From Candidatus Poribacteria bacterium (lineage in GTDB: Bacteria; Poribacteria; WGA-4E; WGA-3G), in NCBI GenBank assembly GCA_965205025.1, contig CBDBFU010000024.1, positions 1 through 64,000 on the forward strand: 64,000 nt of DNA. The letters are read 5' to 3'. The translations under genes and the position numbers were made by a program. How positions within the stretch are numbered: position 1 is the first letter of the stretch; every line of letters starts with the position of its first letter. Under the pieces are notes generated by a model, which was not told the origin of the DNA, made no database searches, and saw only the letters and a list, made by a program, of their open reading frames with translations. Positions 52,716 through 62,513 of the stretch are shown here, one piece after another.

Positions 52716-52840
52716 TAATAACATTTCTAAAAATGATTCTCCCATGAATAGATGGTTTGAATGTCTTGAAATACCGCACAAAATGGAAGTTTATGCTACA
52801 TTAAAAAGATATAAAAAGAGACTTTAATTATCAGAAATGG
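52716..52840. mobile_element. MITE family B (degenerate)
   Basis: TAATAACATTTCT ... TCAGAAATGG, with the GCACAAAATGGAAGTTTATGCTACA core. Confidence 0.65.
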
Positions 52841-52891
52841 GTGACATTGTCGGAACATGTTGTTATGGTGATAATAAAGAGGATATTACAA

Positions 52892-55159
52892 ATGATAAAA
52901 ATAGTACTTGCAATAATTAGTTTGTTCCTTCTGATTCTTCAAATTGGTATGGTCAATATTTATGCTCAGGACTACACACAATGGGAGTTACCTGATGGTG
53001 CCATCGCGCGTCTTGGTAAGGGACGAATCAATGATATGGAATATTCCCCTGATGGAACAATACTGGCAGTTGCTACTACTATTGGTATTTGGATATATGA
53101 CACTGAAACATATCAGGAGCGGAAACTGTTTACTCGAAGTCATCAGGAAATGGAGAAAGTGAATTTTAACGCTGATGGGACAGTTCTTATAGGTATGGAA
53201 AGGTTCAACAATAAAATCACGCGTTGGGATGTTACTTTACCGGAAATAGAAAAATCGTCAAAAAAGAAGCATGATTTTGCTCTCCAAGCAATATACAGCT
53301 CAGACGGAAATACTTTTGCAACTATAAGTTTCAAGGATATTGATATATGGGATTCAGAGACCAACACTTCCAAACATAAACTTAAAGGACATGAAGACTA
53401 TATAGGTTGTTTGGCTTATAGTCCAGATAGCAAAATCATAGCAAGTGGGAGCAATGATCAGACTATCCGTTTGTGGGATGTTAAAACAGGAAAACCTATA
53501 CGAACCCTAACAGGACATCAGAGTCATATCATCTTCTTATCATTCAGTCCGGATGGAAGCACACTAATTAGTGGAAGCGACGATATGACGATTAATTTTT
53601 GGGATATTGACTCAAGGGAACTAAAACTGAAATTTGCAATTCAAGGTGTTTTATCCGATAAGAGTATTGAAAAAGAAAAGATAAAAAGGACGTTTTTCAG
53701 TTCCGATAAAAGTATACTCGTTACGACTGGTGAATCCAGAACGATACACTTGTGGGACACAACGACTGGCAAACTTAAACATACTTTTTCCGATAAAAAT
53801 GAAGACAACAAGGAGACAAGTTATATATGGGGAGTAGAAAATATTCTGTTTAGTCCAGATGGAAAATCTATTCTTAGTTTGGTTAGAGATTACCAAATTC
53901 GAATGTGGGATATAGCAACAGGTAAACGTATACCTTTCACGGGAAATACCGGTTACCTTACGAATGCAACTTATAGTCCGGATGGAAAAACGCTGGCAAC
54001 TGTAGATTATCCAGGTGGAATTCGTATATGGGATATTATGACAGGGAAACTTAAGAGGACTATTTCAAATTTTAATCCAAGGGATACTTCTCATAATACA
54101 AAGTATGATACCAATTATATTGCTTTCACTCCTAATGGAGAAAAAGCCATCATTTCAGAATCAAACGGAACTTTATCTCTGTGGGATATCGGTACGAAAC
54201 GGTTGCATACACTTATCAAAGTCAAATGGGGACAGGATGTTCTGCTTAGTCCAGATGGAGAAACAGTAGCGAGTTGGAATGCAAGTAAGGCTGGGTTAAT
54301 TCGGTTTTGGAATGCCACCACAGGTGAACACAAGCGAACAATAAAAGACCATATAGGAACGATTAGAGGTGTAGATTTTAATAGGGATGGTAGTCTACTT
54401 GCAAGTTGGAGTTTTTCACTCGAAGAAAAGACGATTCGTTTGTGGAATGTTGCTACCGGTAGAAACACCCAGACGTTATCAGGGTATAAAAATCGAATAG
54501 GTAGTGTAATATTTAGTCCAAATGGAGAGACACTTATCAGTGGAGGACAAGATGGAACTATACTAATATGGGATGTAAGTACAGGAAAACATAAGACTCT
54601 CATGGATCAAGGGGTAGATACCGAGCGTAATACACATTTTAATTCGAAAATGGTGTTAATGTTCAATTCAGATGGTAGTAAACTTGTTACCGGTGATCAG
54701 AAAGGAAATATCTTTCTATGGGATGTTTCTACATGGAAAGAGGAGCAGACATTAGATGGTCATGCAGATGCTATTACCAGTATAGGTTTTAGTCCTGATA
54801 ATCGTTCAATAGCAAGTACAGGTAAAGATGGAACAGTCCGTTTATGGGATATAGATACCGGACAACAAATACAATCAATTTCTGGCCATAGAAATGTGTT
54901 CTGGTATGTTATGTTTTACTCTAACGGTTTAACATTGGCAACTGAAGTCGCTGGGATGAATTCAAGATACGATAGCGACATTATAAACCTATGGGATTTA
55001 CGTACTGGAAAACGGATAAAAACACTTCCTGGACATTCAGGAAATATTACGGGTATATCTTTTAGTGATGATGGGAATACACTTGCCAGTACGAGTTTTG
55101 ATGATACAATGCTGCTGTGGGATTTTTCTTCTATTATTCAAGAGTTTGATGTAAAATAG
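52892..55159 (+). CDS. Secreted WD40 repeat protein (close paralog of 47562-49853)
   Basis: GAGG RBS before ATG 52892; identical YAQDYTQWELPDGAIARLGKGRINDM and SIIQEFDVK termini. Confidence 0.92.
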   Translation: MIKIVLAIISLFLLILQIGMVNIYAQDYTQWELPDGAIARLGKGRINDMEYSPDGTILAVATTIGIWIYDTETYQERKLFTRSHQEMEKVNFNADGTVLIGMERFNNKITRWDVTLPEIEKSSKKKHDFALQAIYSSDGNTFATISFKDIDIWDSETNTSKHKLKGHEDYIGCLAYSPDSKIIASGSNDQTIRLWDVKTGKPIRTLTGHQSHIIFLSFSPDGSTLISGSDDMTINFWDIDSRELKLKFAIQGVLSDKSIEKEKIKRTFFSSDKSILVTTGESRTIHLWDTTTGKLKHTFSDKNEDNKETSYIWGVENILFSPDGKSILSLVRDYQIRMWDIATGKRIPFTGNTGYLTNATYSPDGKTLATVDYPGGIRIWDIMTGKLKRTISNFNPRDTSHNTKYDTNYIAFTPNGEKAIISESNGTLSLWDIGTKRLHTLIKVKWGQDVLLSPDGETVASWNASKAGLIRFWNATTGEHKRTIKDHIGTIRGVDFNRDGSLLASWSFSLEEKTIRLWNVATGRNTQTLSGYKNRIGSVIFSPNGETLISGGQDGTILIWDVSTGKHKTLMDQGVDTERNTHFNSKMVLMFNSDGSKLVTGDQKGNIFLWDVSTWKEEQTLDGHADAITSIGFSPDNRSIASTGKDGTVRLWDIDTGQQIQSISGHRNVFWYVMFYSNGLTLATEVAGMNSRYDSDIINLWDLRTGKRIKTLPGHSGNITGISFSDDGNTLASTSFDDTMLLWDFSSIIQEFDVK

Positions 55160-55363
55160 GACTGAATTCTTGATATATTTACGTTTTGTGTCACCCCTGG
55201 AATAACAATGGATTGATATCTGAATTATTTTGTAGAGATACTTGATTAAATCTCCTTACTCTAAACATTCATTTCGAAGTTTATCTTGTGAAGTAAGAAA
55301 TCCCTCCTTTGATTACACATATTTTCAACATTAGAATGCCTAAATGTGTTGTGTTATCTAATT

Positions 55364-55759
55364 TATACCATTTCTATAATTAAACTATTGTTTTGACAAT
55401 TATCAGATATTTTAGGTTGATCTGATACTAAAGCAGTCACTTGAATCAAAACTACATCATCACATATTTCGCCCCTCTGGGGCTTTGTTGGTGGTTTTCA
55501 CCGTTTTCTACAAACATTTCGCCCCTCTGGGGCTCTAATATTTCACATTGAAATATTTTCTTTGTGTAAAATTAGTGTGTATTACAGACAGAAATACAAC
55601 TATCCTTGATAATATAACATGACTACGTGTTAAACTGTCCAAACTATAGTAATTAAAATCTCTTTCAATGTAGCATAAACTTCCAGTTTGTGCGATATTT
55701 CAAAACATGCATAACAACTGTTCATGGGATAAACATAAATATAAATATAAATGGTATTA
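55364..55759. mobile_element. Reverse-oriented family B MITE composite enclosing family C REP hairpins
   Basis: TATACCATTTCTATAATTAA at 55364; GCCCCTCTGGGGC twice (55463-55535); TGTAGCATAAACTTCCAGTTTGTGC core; AAATGGTATTA at 55749-55759. Confidence 0.55.
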
Positions 55760-55763
55760 GTTC

Positions 55764-56853
55764 CAGGACTTACGCAGTATTAAATTTTATTGAAGGATTT
55801 GAGAGTTGATGTTTTAAGTAATCACTCAATAAACCATCTTTAAACTTGTAAATCTTTTGTCCAACAGCACGTACAACACGCGTCATAAAGACCCATACTT
55901 GGAAACTACACGCAATATGATTTCTCTGGGCACGCATCTTACGACATTGGCATTTACCAATACCGGTTACTTGTTTCATCTCACGATGAAGGAGTTCAAT
56001 CTTCCAACGGAGACGACACTTTTGGTGAGTCATATCCACATTTGATTGTGTCAAATCGTTTGTCACTATATATTCCGTGCGTCCGGTATCAGACACAAAC
56101 CGGAATAACTTTACGACAGAACCTTTCGGAAAGTTTTTGAGATGTACGCGTTTACCGCTTTTCTTTTCTGCTTGAGACCAAGATAGATCTTTGACTGCCT
56201 TGTGAGGTTCTACACCTTTGGTATCATTCACAAGACGGTTTCGTTTCAACGGAACATAATAGATCTTAGAAAGTCTATCAATCGCTTTCATCACTTTCAT
56301 GGACGCATACCAAGAGTCCATCAAGACTGTCCGGAATGGGAGTTGTTTCTTAGAATAAGCATCGTGCAACATATCCAATAAATGATCGATTTTGGTTTTA
56401 CCGTCATGATCTCTGTCAAAAATACGGTAATCAATGACCCAATATTCCTGTGTCTTAGGGTTGACATAGAGACAGGTGACAATACCGATACCTTGAATCA
56501 CCTTTCTGTCACTACCACTCCATTGAGAGCGTACTATTTCAATCCGTTTAGAATGTATTTTTGACAGCACAACATCATCAAAAATCAGGTATCCTTCTTC
56601 ATCAAAGTCGATGTCGTCTTTGACGGATGCCCAGAGTTCACTTGTAGGAATGTTTTCGTCTCTCAGAAAGCGATTGAGTTGATCGTGGCTCCAACGGTCT
56701 GTATGTTTAGCAAAATAAGTTTGTGTAAAATTAGTGAAACTTGAAAACAAATATTGACAATAATCGGAAAATAAGTCTTGCTTCTTTTTAGAATGTGTAA
56801 ATGTGTTCATAATCAATAAGAATAACACATTTTGTAATTTTGCGTAAGTCCTG
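55764..56853 (-). mobile_element. IS701-family insertion sequence, intact
   Basis: Perfect 13-bp TIR CAGGACTTACGCA / TGCGTAAGTCCTG; 5-bp TSD AGTTC (55759-55763 and 56854-56858). Confidence 0.92.
55770..56810 (-). CDS. IS701-family DDE transposase
   Basis: SHDQLNRFL; LIFDDVVLSK; VLMDSWYA; RWKIELLHREMKQVTG; CQCR; the stop codon lies inside the TIR. Confidence 0.92.
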   Translation of the reverse strand: MNTFTHSKKKQDLFSDYCQYLFSSFTNFTQTYFAKHTDRWSHDQLNRFLRDENIPTSELWASVKDDIDFDEEGYLIFDDVVLSKIHSKRIEIVRSQWSGSDRKVIQGIGIVTCLYVNPKTQEYWVIDYRIFDRDHDGKTKIDHLLDMLHDAYSKKQLPFRTVLMDSWYASMKVMKAIDRLSKIYYVPLKRNRLVNDTKGVEPHKAVKDLSWSQAEKKSGKRVHLKNFPKGSVVKLFRFVSDTGRTEYIVTNDLTQSNVDMTHQKCRLRWKIELLHREMKQVTGIGKCQCRKMRAQRNHIACSFQVWVFMTRVVRAVGQKIYKFKDGLLSDYLKHQLSNPSIKFNTA

Positions 56854-56898
56854 AGTTCCAACAAAATAGATTATTTATCCAAATTTATTTCTAATTTT

Positions 56899-56930
56899 GC
56901 ACCCTTTTTCAAAGAATTTGTGTCTTATAT
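56899..56930 (+). promoter_or_regulatory. Orphan ECF-type promoter abutting the IS left end
   Basis: GCACCCTTTTT...TGTCTTATAT, same spacing as 44480-44510. Confidence 0.45.
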
Positions 56931-58389
56931 CAATACCTTCGCCAAAAACACTTGAATAAAAAGGGTGTTTGTCCTAAAGTTTTAAAATATCATTTTAACT
57001 TAGAAAGGACACACACCCATGCCAGAAATTATAGCATTATTTACTGTATTTAATCTATGTTTATCCACTACTATGATCCGCCAGTTATGTCAAGTTGTAT
57101 TTGCCCTGCTTGCGATGACAGGTCAGGTCACAATGTTAAATATCTCCCGTTGGACATCAAAAGGAGGGAGTTATCGTACGATACAACGCTTCTTTAGCAC
57201 AGATCTCCCTTGGCCAAAGATGTGTTGGCTCTTTTTCAAAAAATATCTGTTTGATCCTAAAAGTTTGTATATCCTTGTAGCAGATGAAGTCACGGTGTCA
57301 AAAACTGGGAAAAAAACTTATGGTATAGATCGCTTCTTCTCCTCATTACATGGAAAACCGATTTCCGGTTTGTCATTTTTAGCGGTGTCCTTAGTAAGCG
57401 TCAAAGACAGGTGTTCTTACCCAATGATGATGGAACAAATCGTGCGTAGCAACGCATCAGCCAATATGGATGTGTCTGCAATCGAAGATCAGGAGAATAC
57501 ACAGAAAGCCATAACAAAACGAGGGCGTGGTCGCCCCAAAGGGAGCCTGAATCGAAACAAAAAGGATGTTGTGTTCAGCAATACTTTGAAACAACTTCAA
57601 ACTATGGTGAAATCATTTCTCAAACAGATGGGAGATTGTATCAAACTCCGTTATTTTGTGCTTGATGGATATTTCGGACACAATAATGCGCTACAAATGG
57701 TATCACAATGTGGTCTCCATCTCATTTCAAAACTTCGCACAGATGCTGCGCTCTATTATCCACCAACGACACCGTATAAAGGTCGTGGACGCCGCGCCCT
57801 CTATGGGGATCGTTTCAATCCACAACAAATGGATAACAAATGGCGTGTCTCTGTTGAAACAACCGATAACATCAGAACCGAAGTGTATCAAGTACACTTG
57901 CGTCATAAGCAGTTTGCGGATCCTCTCAATATTGTTTGTCTTCTCAAGACGCATCTGCTGACAGGACAAAAATCACACGTGTTATTGTTTAGTTCTGACC
58001 TAAAACTGAGTGCTCTAAAGATGATTGATTATTACTCCCTTCGTTTTCAAATAGAGTTTAACTTCAGAGACGCAAAACAGTATTGGGGGTTGGAAGATTT
58101 TATGAATGTCAAAAAAACACCTGTGAACAATGCAGCAAACTTATCCTTGTTTATGGTAAATGTGAGTGCGAAAATGGCAAACACATTTCGGTCTAATAAC
58201 ACGGCGTGTAGCGTATTAGATTTGAAAGCAAAATACCGAGCTATGAAGTATTTAGAGGAAACATTAAAAATACTTCCGCAAAAACCTGAACCTATTGTTA
58301 TTGAGCAAATCACACAGCACCTTAGTTCTATCGGTGCTATTCATCACACACAGTTAGAACTAAGCACAGGATAATTGGCGAAGGTATTG
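56931..58389 (+). mobile_element. IS4/IS701-superfamily insertion sequence
   Basis: Perfect 15-bp TIR CAATACCTTCGCCAA / TTGGCGAAGGTATTG; no clear TSD. Confidence 0.88.
57019..58374 (+). CDS. DDE transposase (IS4/IS701-like)
   Basis: LVADEV; VLDGYF; YSLRFQIEFNFRDAK (YREK signature); AT-hook-like RGRGRPKG. Confidence 0.9.
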   Translation: MPEIIALFTVFNLCLSTTMIRQLCQVVFALLAMTGQVTMLNISRWTSKGGSYRTIQRFFSTDLPWPKMCWLFFKKYLFDPKSLYILVADEVTVSKTGKKTYGIDRFFSSLHGKPISGLSFLAVSLVSVKDRCSYPMMMEQIVRSNASANMDVSAIEDQENTQKAITKRGRGRPKGSLNRNKKDVVFSNTLKQLQTMVKSFLKQMGDCIKLRYFVLDGYFGHNNALQMVSQCGLHLISKLRTDAALYYPPTTPYKGRGRRALYGDRFNPQQMDNKWRVSVETTDNIRTEVYQVHLRHKQFADPLNIVCLLKTHLLTGQKSHVLLFSSDLKLSALKMIDYYSLRFQIEFNFRDAKQYWGLEDFMNVKKTPVNNAANLSLFMVNVSAKMANTFRSNNTACSVLDLKAKYRAMKYLEETLKILPQKPEPIVIEQITQHLSSIGAIHHTQLELSTG

Positions 58390-58440
58390 TTACTATAAAC
58401 CCCTAATTATATTAGATGTATGGATAATTTGAAGGAAGAA

Positions 58441-58571
58441 AGTGTTAATATTTATTGTTCTGAAATGACTTCACTTTCACGGAAACCTTCACGGAGCAAT
58501 TCTACGAACCCTTATTCTATAAGGTTTTATAATTTTAATTATACCAATTCTCCGTGAATCACATACGTTAA
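58441..58571. repeat. Repeat family D, copy 3
   Basis: Near-identical to the copies at 22311 and 50011. Confidence 0.85.
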
Positions 58572-58620
58572 AATATATTTAACTAAAGCATGGACGGAAT
58601 GCATCTTTGGTTTTCATCTG

Positions 58621-58885
58621 ATACTATTCCTATAAATGTTTATCCCATGAACAGTTGTTATACGTAACGTGAGTTTGATAAGACACATTGTAATCTGAAC
58701 TTTTAGTTAACACCAGAGTGCACAAACTGGAAAGTTTGTGCTACAAAGACTATCTTCAGGACAAAATTCTGTTTATCGAACTGACATTTTTTATTATCAA
58801 ACTGACGTTATACGGGGCTTAAAATACTGCACAAACTGAAAGTTTATGCTACATTTAAGAGACCTTAATTATAGAAATTGTATTA
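58621..58885. mobile_element. MITE family B interrupted by a nested family A MITE
   Basis: B left arm 58621-58664; B right arm 58811-58885 ending TTATAGAAATTGTATTA. Confidence 0.7.
58665..58810. mobile_element. MITE family A with 4-bp TSD TACG
   Basis: TAACGTGAGTTTGATAA ... TTATCAAACTGACGTTA; TACG at 58661-58664 and 58811-58814. Confidence 0.85.
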
Positions 58886-58912
58886 GTTCTTACTCTCTAT
58901 GAATTCTATATA

Positions 58913-60070
58913 ATACCATTTTCAGTTAATATTTTCGCTTTTAATATTTTTTGTTTTCTGTTATATTTTATTACAAATTTATAGTTGATAGGATGAATAT
59001 TAATTATGTTAAAACCCTCACAGATTACAGAAAGTGTTTCTGACTTGAAAAAAATGATGAAAAAAACATCAATCAGTTACCAAAAGAAAAGACTGAAAGC
59101 CCTATACCTATTTTGTAGTGAGAAAAGGCTAAATCGTAAGGAAATCGCTGCGAAAATAGGGGTTGATAGGAAAACCGTTGGGCATTGGTTCCAAACATAC
59201 GCATCGGGTGGACTTGAAGCACTTTTAGCACGGGATTATTCCCCCGGGCGTCCAGCTCAACTTACCGAAGAACAACAAGAAATCTTGCTTGCTGAACTCA
59301 AAAAACCTGATGCTTTTTCCAGTTATCAGCAGATAGTAGACTATATTGAAAAAACATTTGATGTCAAAATGAAATATACTGCTGTTCATTCGATGGTTCG
59401 GTATAAGTGGAAAGCAAAACCCAAAGTGCCCCGCAAGAGTCATATAAAAAAAACGAAACAGCCGGTGAAACCTTCAAGTTAGACTTACCAAAAAAGTCAA
59501 GGAAACGATTTCGGAGAACGATCCTGAGTCTGAAAAAGTTCGTCTGTTTTTTCAAGATGAGTCAAGATTTGGTCTTCATCCTGTTTCATACCGTCGTATT
59601 ACAGTCCCCGGTGTCAAACCGATTGCTAATATCAGGTATACCTATGAAAACCTTTATCTATATGGTGCTGTGGAACCGATAACAGGAGAAAGTTTTTTCC
59701 TTGAAATGCCTTATCTGAATAGTACCTGTTTCCAAATATTTCTTGATGAGTTTGCTAAGGTTTATCCGGGGACTCTGAATATCCTTGTCCTTGATAATGG
59801 GCGTTTTCATCAAGCGAAATCACTACAAGTTCCTGAGAATATAGTATTCCTCTTTCTACCGCCTTATAGTCCAGAGTTGAACCCTATTGAAAGATTATGG
59901 CAAGACATCAAAGCAAAGTTATTTCAAAATGTGCTGACTTCATTACAAGAGATGCAGGATAAACTTACTGAGATCATACGAAGTTACACTAAAATCGCTA
60001 TTGAGAGCATAACAAAGTATGATTATATAAATAAGATCGAAAATGTGATATAATTTATTAGAAATGGTAT
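58913..60070 (+). mobile_element. IS630-family insertion sequence
   Basis: Ends ATACCATTT and AAATGGTAT near TA; HTH orfA and DDE orfB inside. Confidence 0.85.
59006..60053 (+). CDS. IS630 transposase (orfA HTH, orfB DDE), needs two -1 shifts
   Basis: orfA EIAAKIGVDRKTVGHW...PGRP; A8 run at 59446-59453; second shift at the A run near 59490; then FFQDESRFG, VLDNGRFH, LPPYSPELNPIERLW. Confidence 0.88.
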
Positions 60071-60124
60071 AAGATCGAAATGCGACCATCACTAAGTGGC
60101 ATCCCGTTTTACAAAGGTTTATAT

Positions 60125-62206
60125 ATGGCAAATGAAAATATAAAGATTCCAACACAGGGAGTAGACATAAAAGCCAACGTCAATACATGGGCTCTTCCAG
60201 AGGGAGCAATTGCCCGTTTCGGAGAGGGGACAGTATCCGAAATGGCGTTTTCTCCGGATAGAAAGTACCTCGTTGTTGGCACCTACATCGGTTTGTGGTG
60301 GTATGAAGTTGCATCAATGACACCTATTGCCTTGTGGGAGACAGAACGGGGGATGATTTCTGCTCTTGATTTCTCTTCGAACGGCAAGTGGCTTGCTACT
60401 GGTAACATGGATGGTACCATCAAGATATTGGACATTCAGTGTGGAACATGTGTTGCAAGAATCCAACGTCCTATACAGCGATATGAGAGCGGTTGGATTG
60501 AAATCGGCATTAGCAAGATCATGTTTTCCGCAGACAATCAACACATAGCTGCGTCTTGTCAAGGAAATGGTGACATTTATCTTTGGGATGTTGAAACCGG
60601 GGAACTGAGTGATAAGTTAACTCCTGATCCTGAAATAATTGAAGGACGTGGTAGGACGCATCTTCCACGTCCACTCTGTTTTTCGCTTGATGGACATCTG
60701 CTCGCAAGTGCAAGTCCGGCTGACCCAGAGGGTACCACCGATTTTATCTCAGTGTGGAACCTGAAAAATGGCAAACAGATTGCCGCCCTCAAAGGACATA
60801 CAGCGTTAGTACGTGCCCTTGACTTTTCGCCTTGTGGAAGGTTCCTTGCTTCCGGCGATGTGTACGGTATTTTAAAAGAGTGGGATATCACAACCGGAAA
60901 TCAGGTACAGGTATCATCAGCATATTCTGAAGCATCTCAAGTAACACTGGCATCCTCACCACCAGTAATTCCTATCTATTCACCGTCAGGTGTGCTGCAT
61001 GCTATTGAAGTAAGTTACACTTCAATTACTGTGTGGAATGTGGAATGTAAAGAAAAGTTAAACACATTTGAACATCAAGAGAACATCTCACGCATCCACT
61101 TTTCAAAGAGTGTCCAGCGTGATAATAAGGATTTTAATTTGGTTCTTGCTTCTAAAGGTATATCAAAGATCAATCTGTGGACGTTGGGTAATCCAGAGGC
61201 CGTAAATACTATTCCTTTAGATTATGATGTGTCAGAAACTGTGAAATTTTCTCTTGATGGACAAACACTTATTTCTGGTGGGGGCAGTTTTACTACGTTT
61301 TGGGATGTTGCCAAAAAACGACCCCAGCGACAGATGCGCCGCAGAGGCACGATGATCCATTCCATTAATATCTCTCCTACTGGAAATATCCGCGCGTTAG
61401 GGAACAACAGAAACGTTCTTAATGTATGGGATGTTGAAACTAACGAAACAATTACTACCGTCACTAAACATCAAGATATTGTGACTGCTGCTACTTTTTC
61501 ACCTACTGGTGAACATTGGGCGAGTGGAGACGCAGAAGGAACATTATATGTATGGGATGGTAACAGAGAACCGATCCCATTGTGTACACATACGGATTCA
61601 ATTAAATCTCTTTCTTTCTCTCCCGATGGTAACCAATTGGTGAGTGCCTCAAGAGACAAAACGGCATGGGTATGGGACGTTGCGTCTGGTCAAAAAATTG
61701 CCTCTCTACCCTTAACACAATTAGATGCGGAACTTTACCTTGGCGATTTGTCTCAGAAAAAACGTCTAATGAAAATACAGCGTATTCGGAATGAGAGGGG
61801 GGTCGCTACACGGACTCCCTTTAATATTACAAGCATTGCCATCACTTTTTCACCTTGTGGTAACATAATCGCCGGTGGTTTGCCTTGGGAGATTCGGTTA
61901 TGGGACGCCAGAACGTATGACATTTGCTTCGCGAGACTGTTGCCGAGGGAATGTGAGCGTCAATCTACCTTGGCATTTACACCTTGTGGTCAGTATTTTG
62001 CCTCAGGTTCCTGGTGGGCAGGAACGGACAAAGTCTCTATACGTTTATGGGACGTTGCAAATGGTGAAAATATAGCCACTTTTCTGGGACATCCAACAGA
62101 TGTTGAATGTCTTGCGTTTTCACCAGATGGCACAATCTTAGCAAGCGGCAGTTTTGATGGCACTATTCTGCTTTGGGATATGAAACCTTATTTGCGAAAT
62201 ACATAA
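60125..62206 (+). CDS. WD40 repeat protein (no signal peptide)
   Basis: WALPEGAIARFGEG; GH/WD repeats; FSPDGTILASGSFDGTILLWD. Confidence 0.9.
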   Translation: MANENIKIPTQGVDIKANVNTWALPEGAIARFGEGTVSEMAFSPDRKYLVVGTYIGLWWYEVASMTPIALWETERGMISALDFSSNGKWLATGNMDGTIKILDIQCGTCVARIQRPIQRYESGWIEIGISKIMFSADNQHIAASCQGNGDIYLWDVETGELSDKLTPDPEIIEGRGRTHLPRPLCFSLDGHLLASASPADPEGTTDFISVWNLKNGKQIAALKGHTALVRALDFSPCGRFLASGDVYGILKEWDITTGNQVQVSSAYSEASQVTLASSPPVIPIYSPSGVLHAIEVSYTSITVWNVECKEKLNTFEHQENISRIHFSKSVQRDNKDFNLVLASKGISKINLWTLGNPEAVNTIPLDYDVSETVKFSLDGQTLISGGGSFTTFWDVAKKRPQRQMRRRGTMIHSINISPTGNIRALGNNRNVLNVWDVETNETITTVTKHQDIVTAATFSPTGEHWASGDAEGTLYVWDGNREPIPLCTHTDSIKSLSFSPDGNQLVSASRDKTAWVWDVASGQKIASLPLTQLDAELYLGDLSQKKRLMKIQRIRNERGVATRTPFNITSIAITFSPCGNIIAGGLPWEIRLWDARTYDICFARLLPRECERQSTLAFTPCGQYFASGSWWAGTDKVSIRLWDVANGENIATFLGHPTDVECLAFSPDGTILASGSFDGTILLWDMKPYLRNT

Positions 62207-62257
62207 GGAGTATATTTTGAAACGTAGCACGTATTACATTCTCATTATTATGTTTCT

Positions 62258-62323
62258 TATACTATTTCTGATAATTAAAGTTTCTTTAATGACGTTCATA
62301 TACCTATTATCAAACTCACGTTA
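62258..62323. repeat. Fused remnants of MITE B and MITE A ends
   Basis: TATACTATTTCTGATAATTAAAG followed by CCTATTATCAAACTCACGTTA. Confidence 0.45.
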
Positions 62324-62513
62324 AAGTACAATGTCAATTTATCGCGATGCGGAGGTCTCGGACAGAACAGTCTTTAGAATTGTAATTCCGTTTTTTAGTA
62401 GAACTAATGATCCTGTACATTGTCAGGTAAGTCTTGACAAGAGATGTCAGAGTAGTTTGCTTGTAGGAGTGACATCCCAGAACGTTGATTTTCTAAACCG
62501 GAGGAATAAATAT

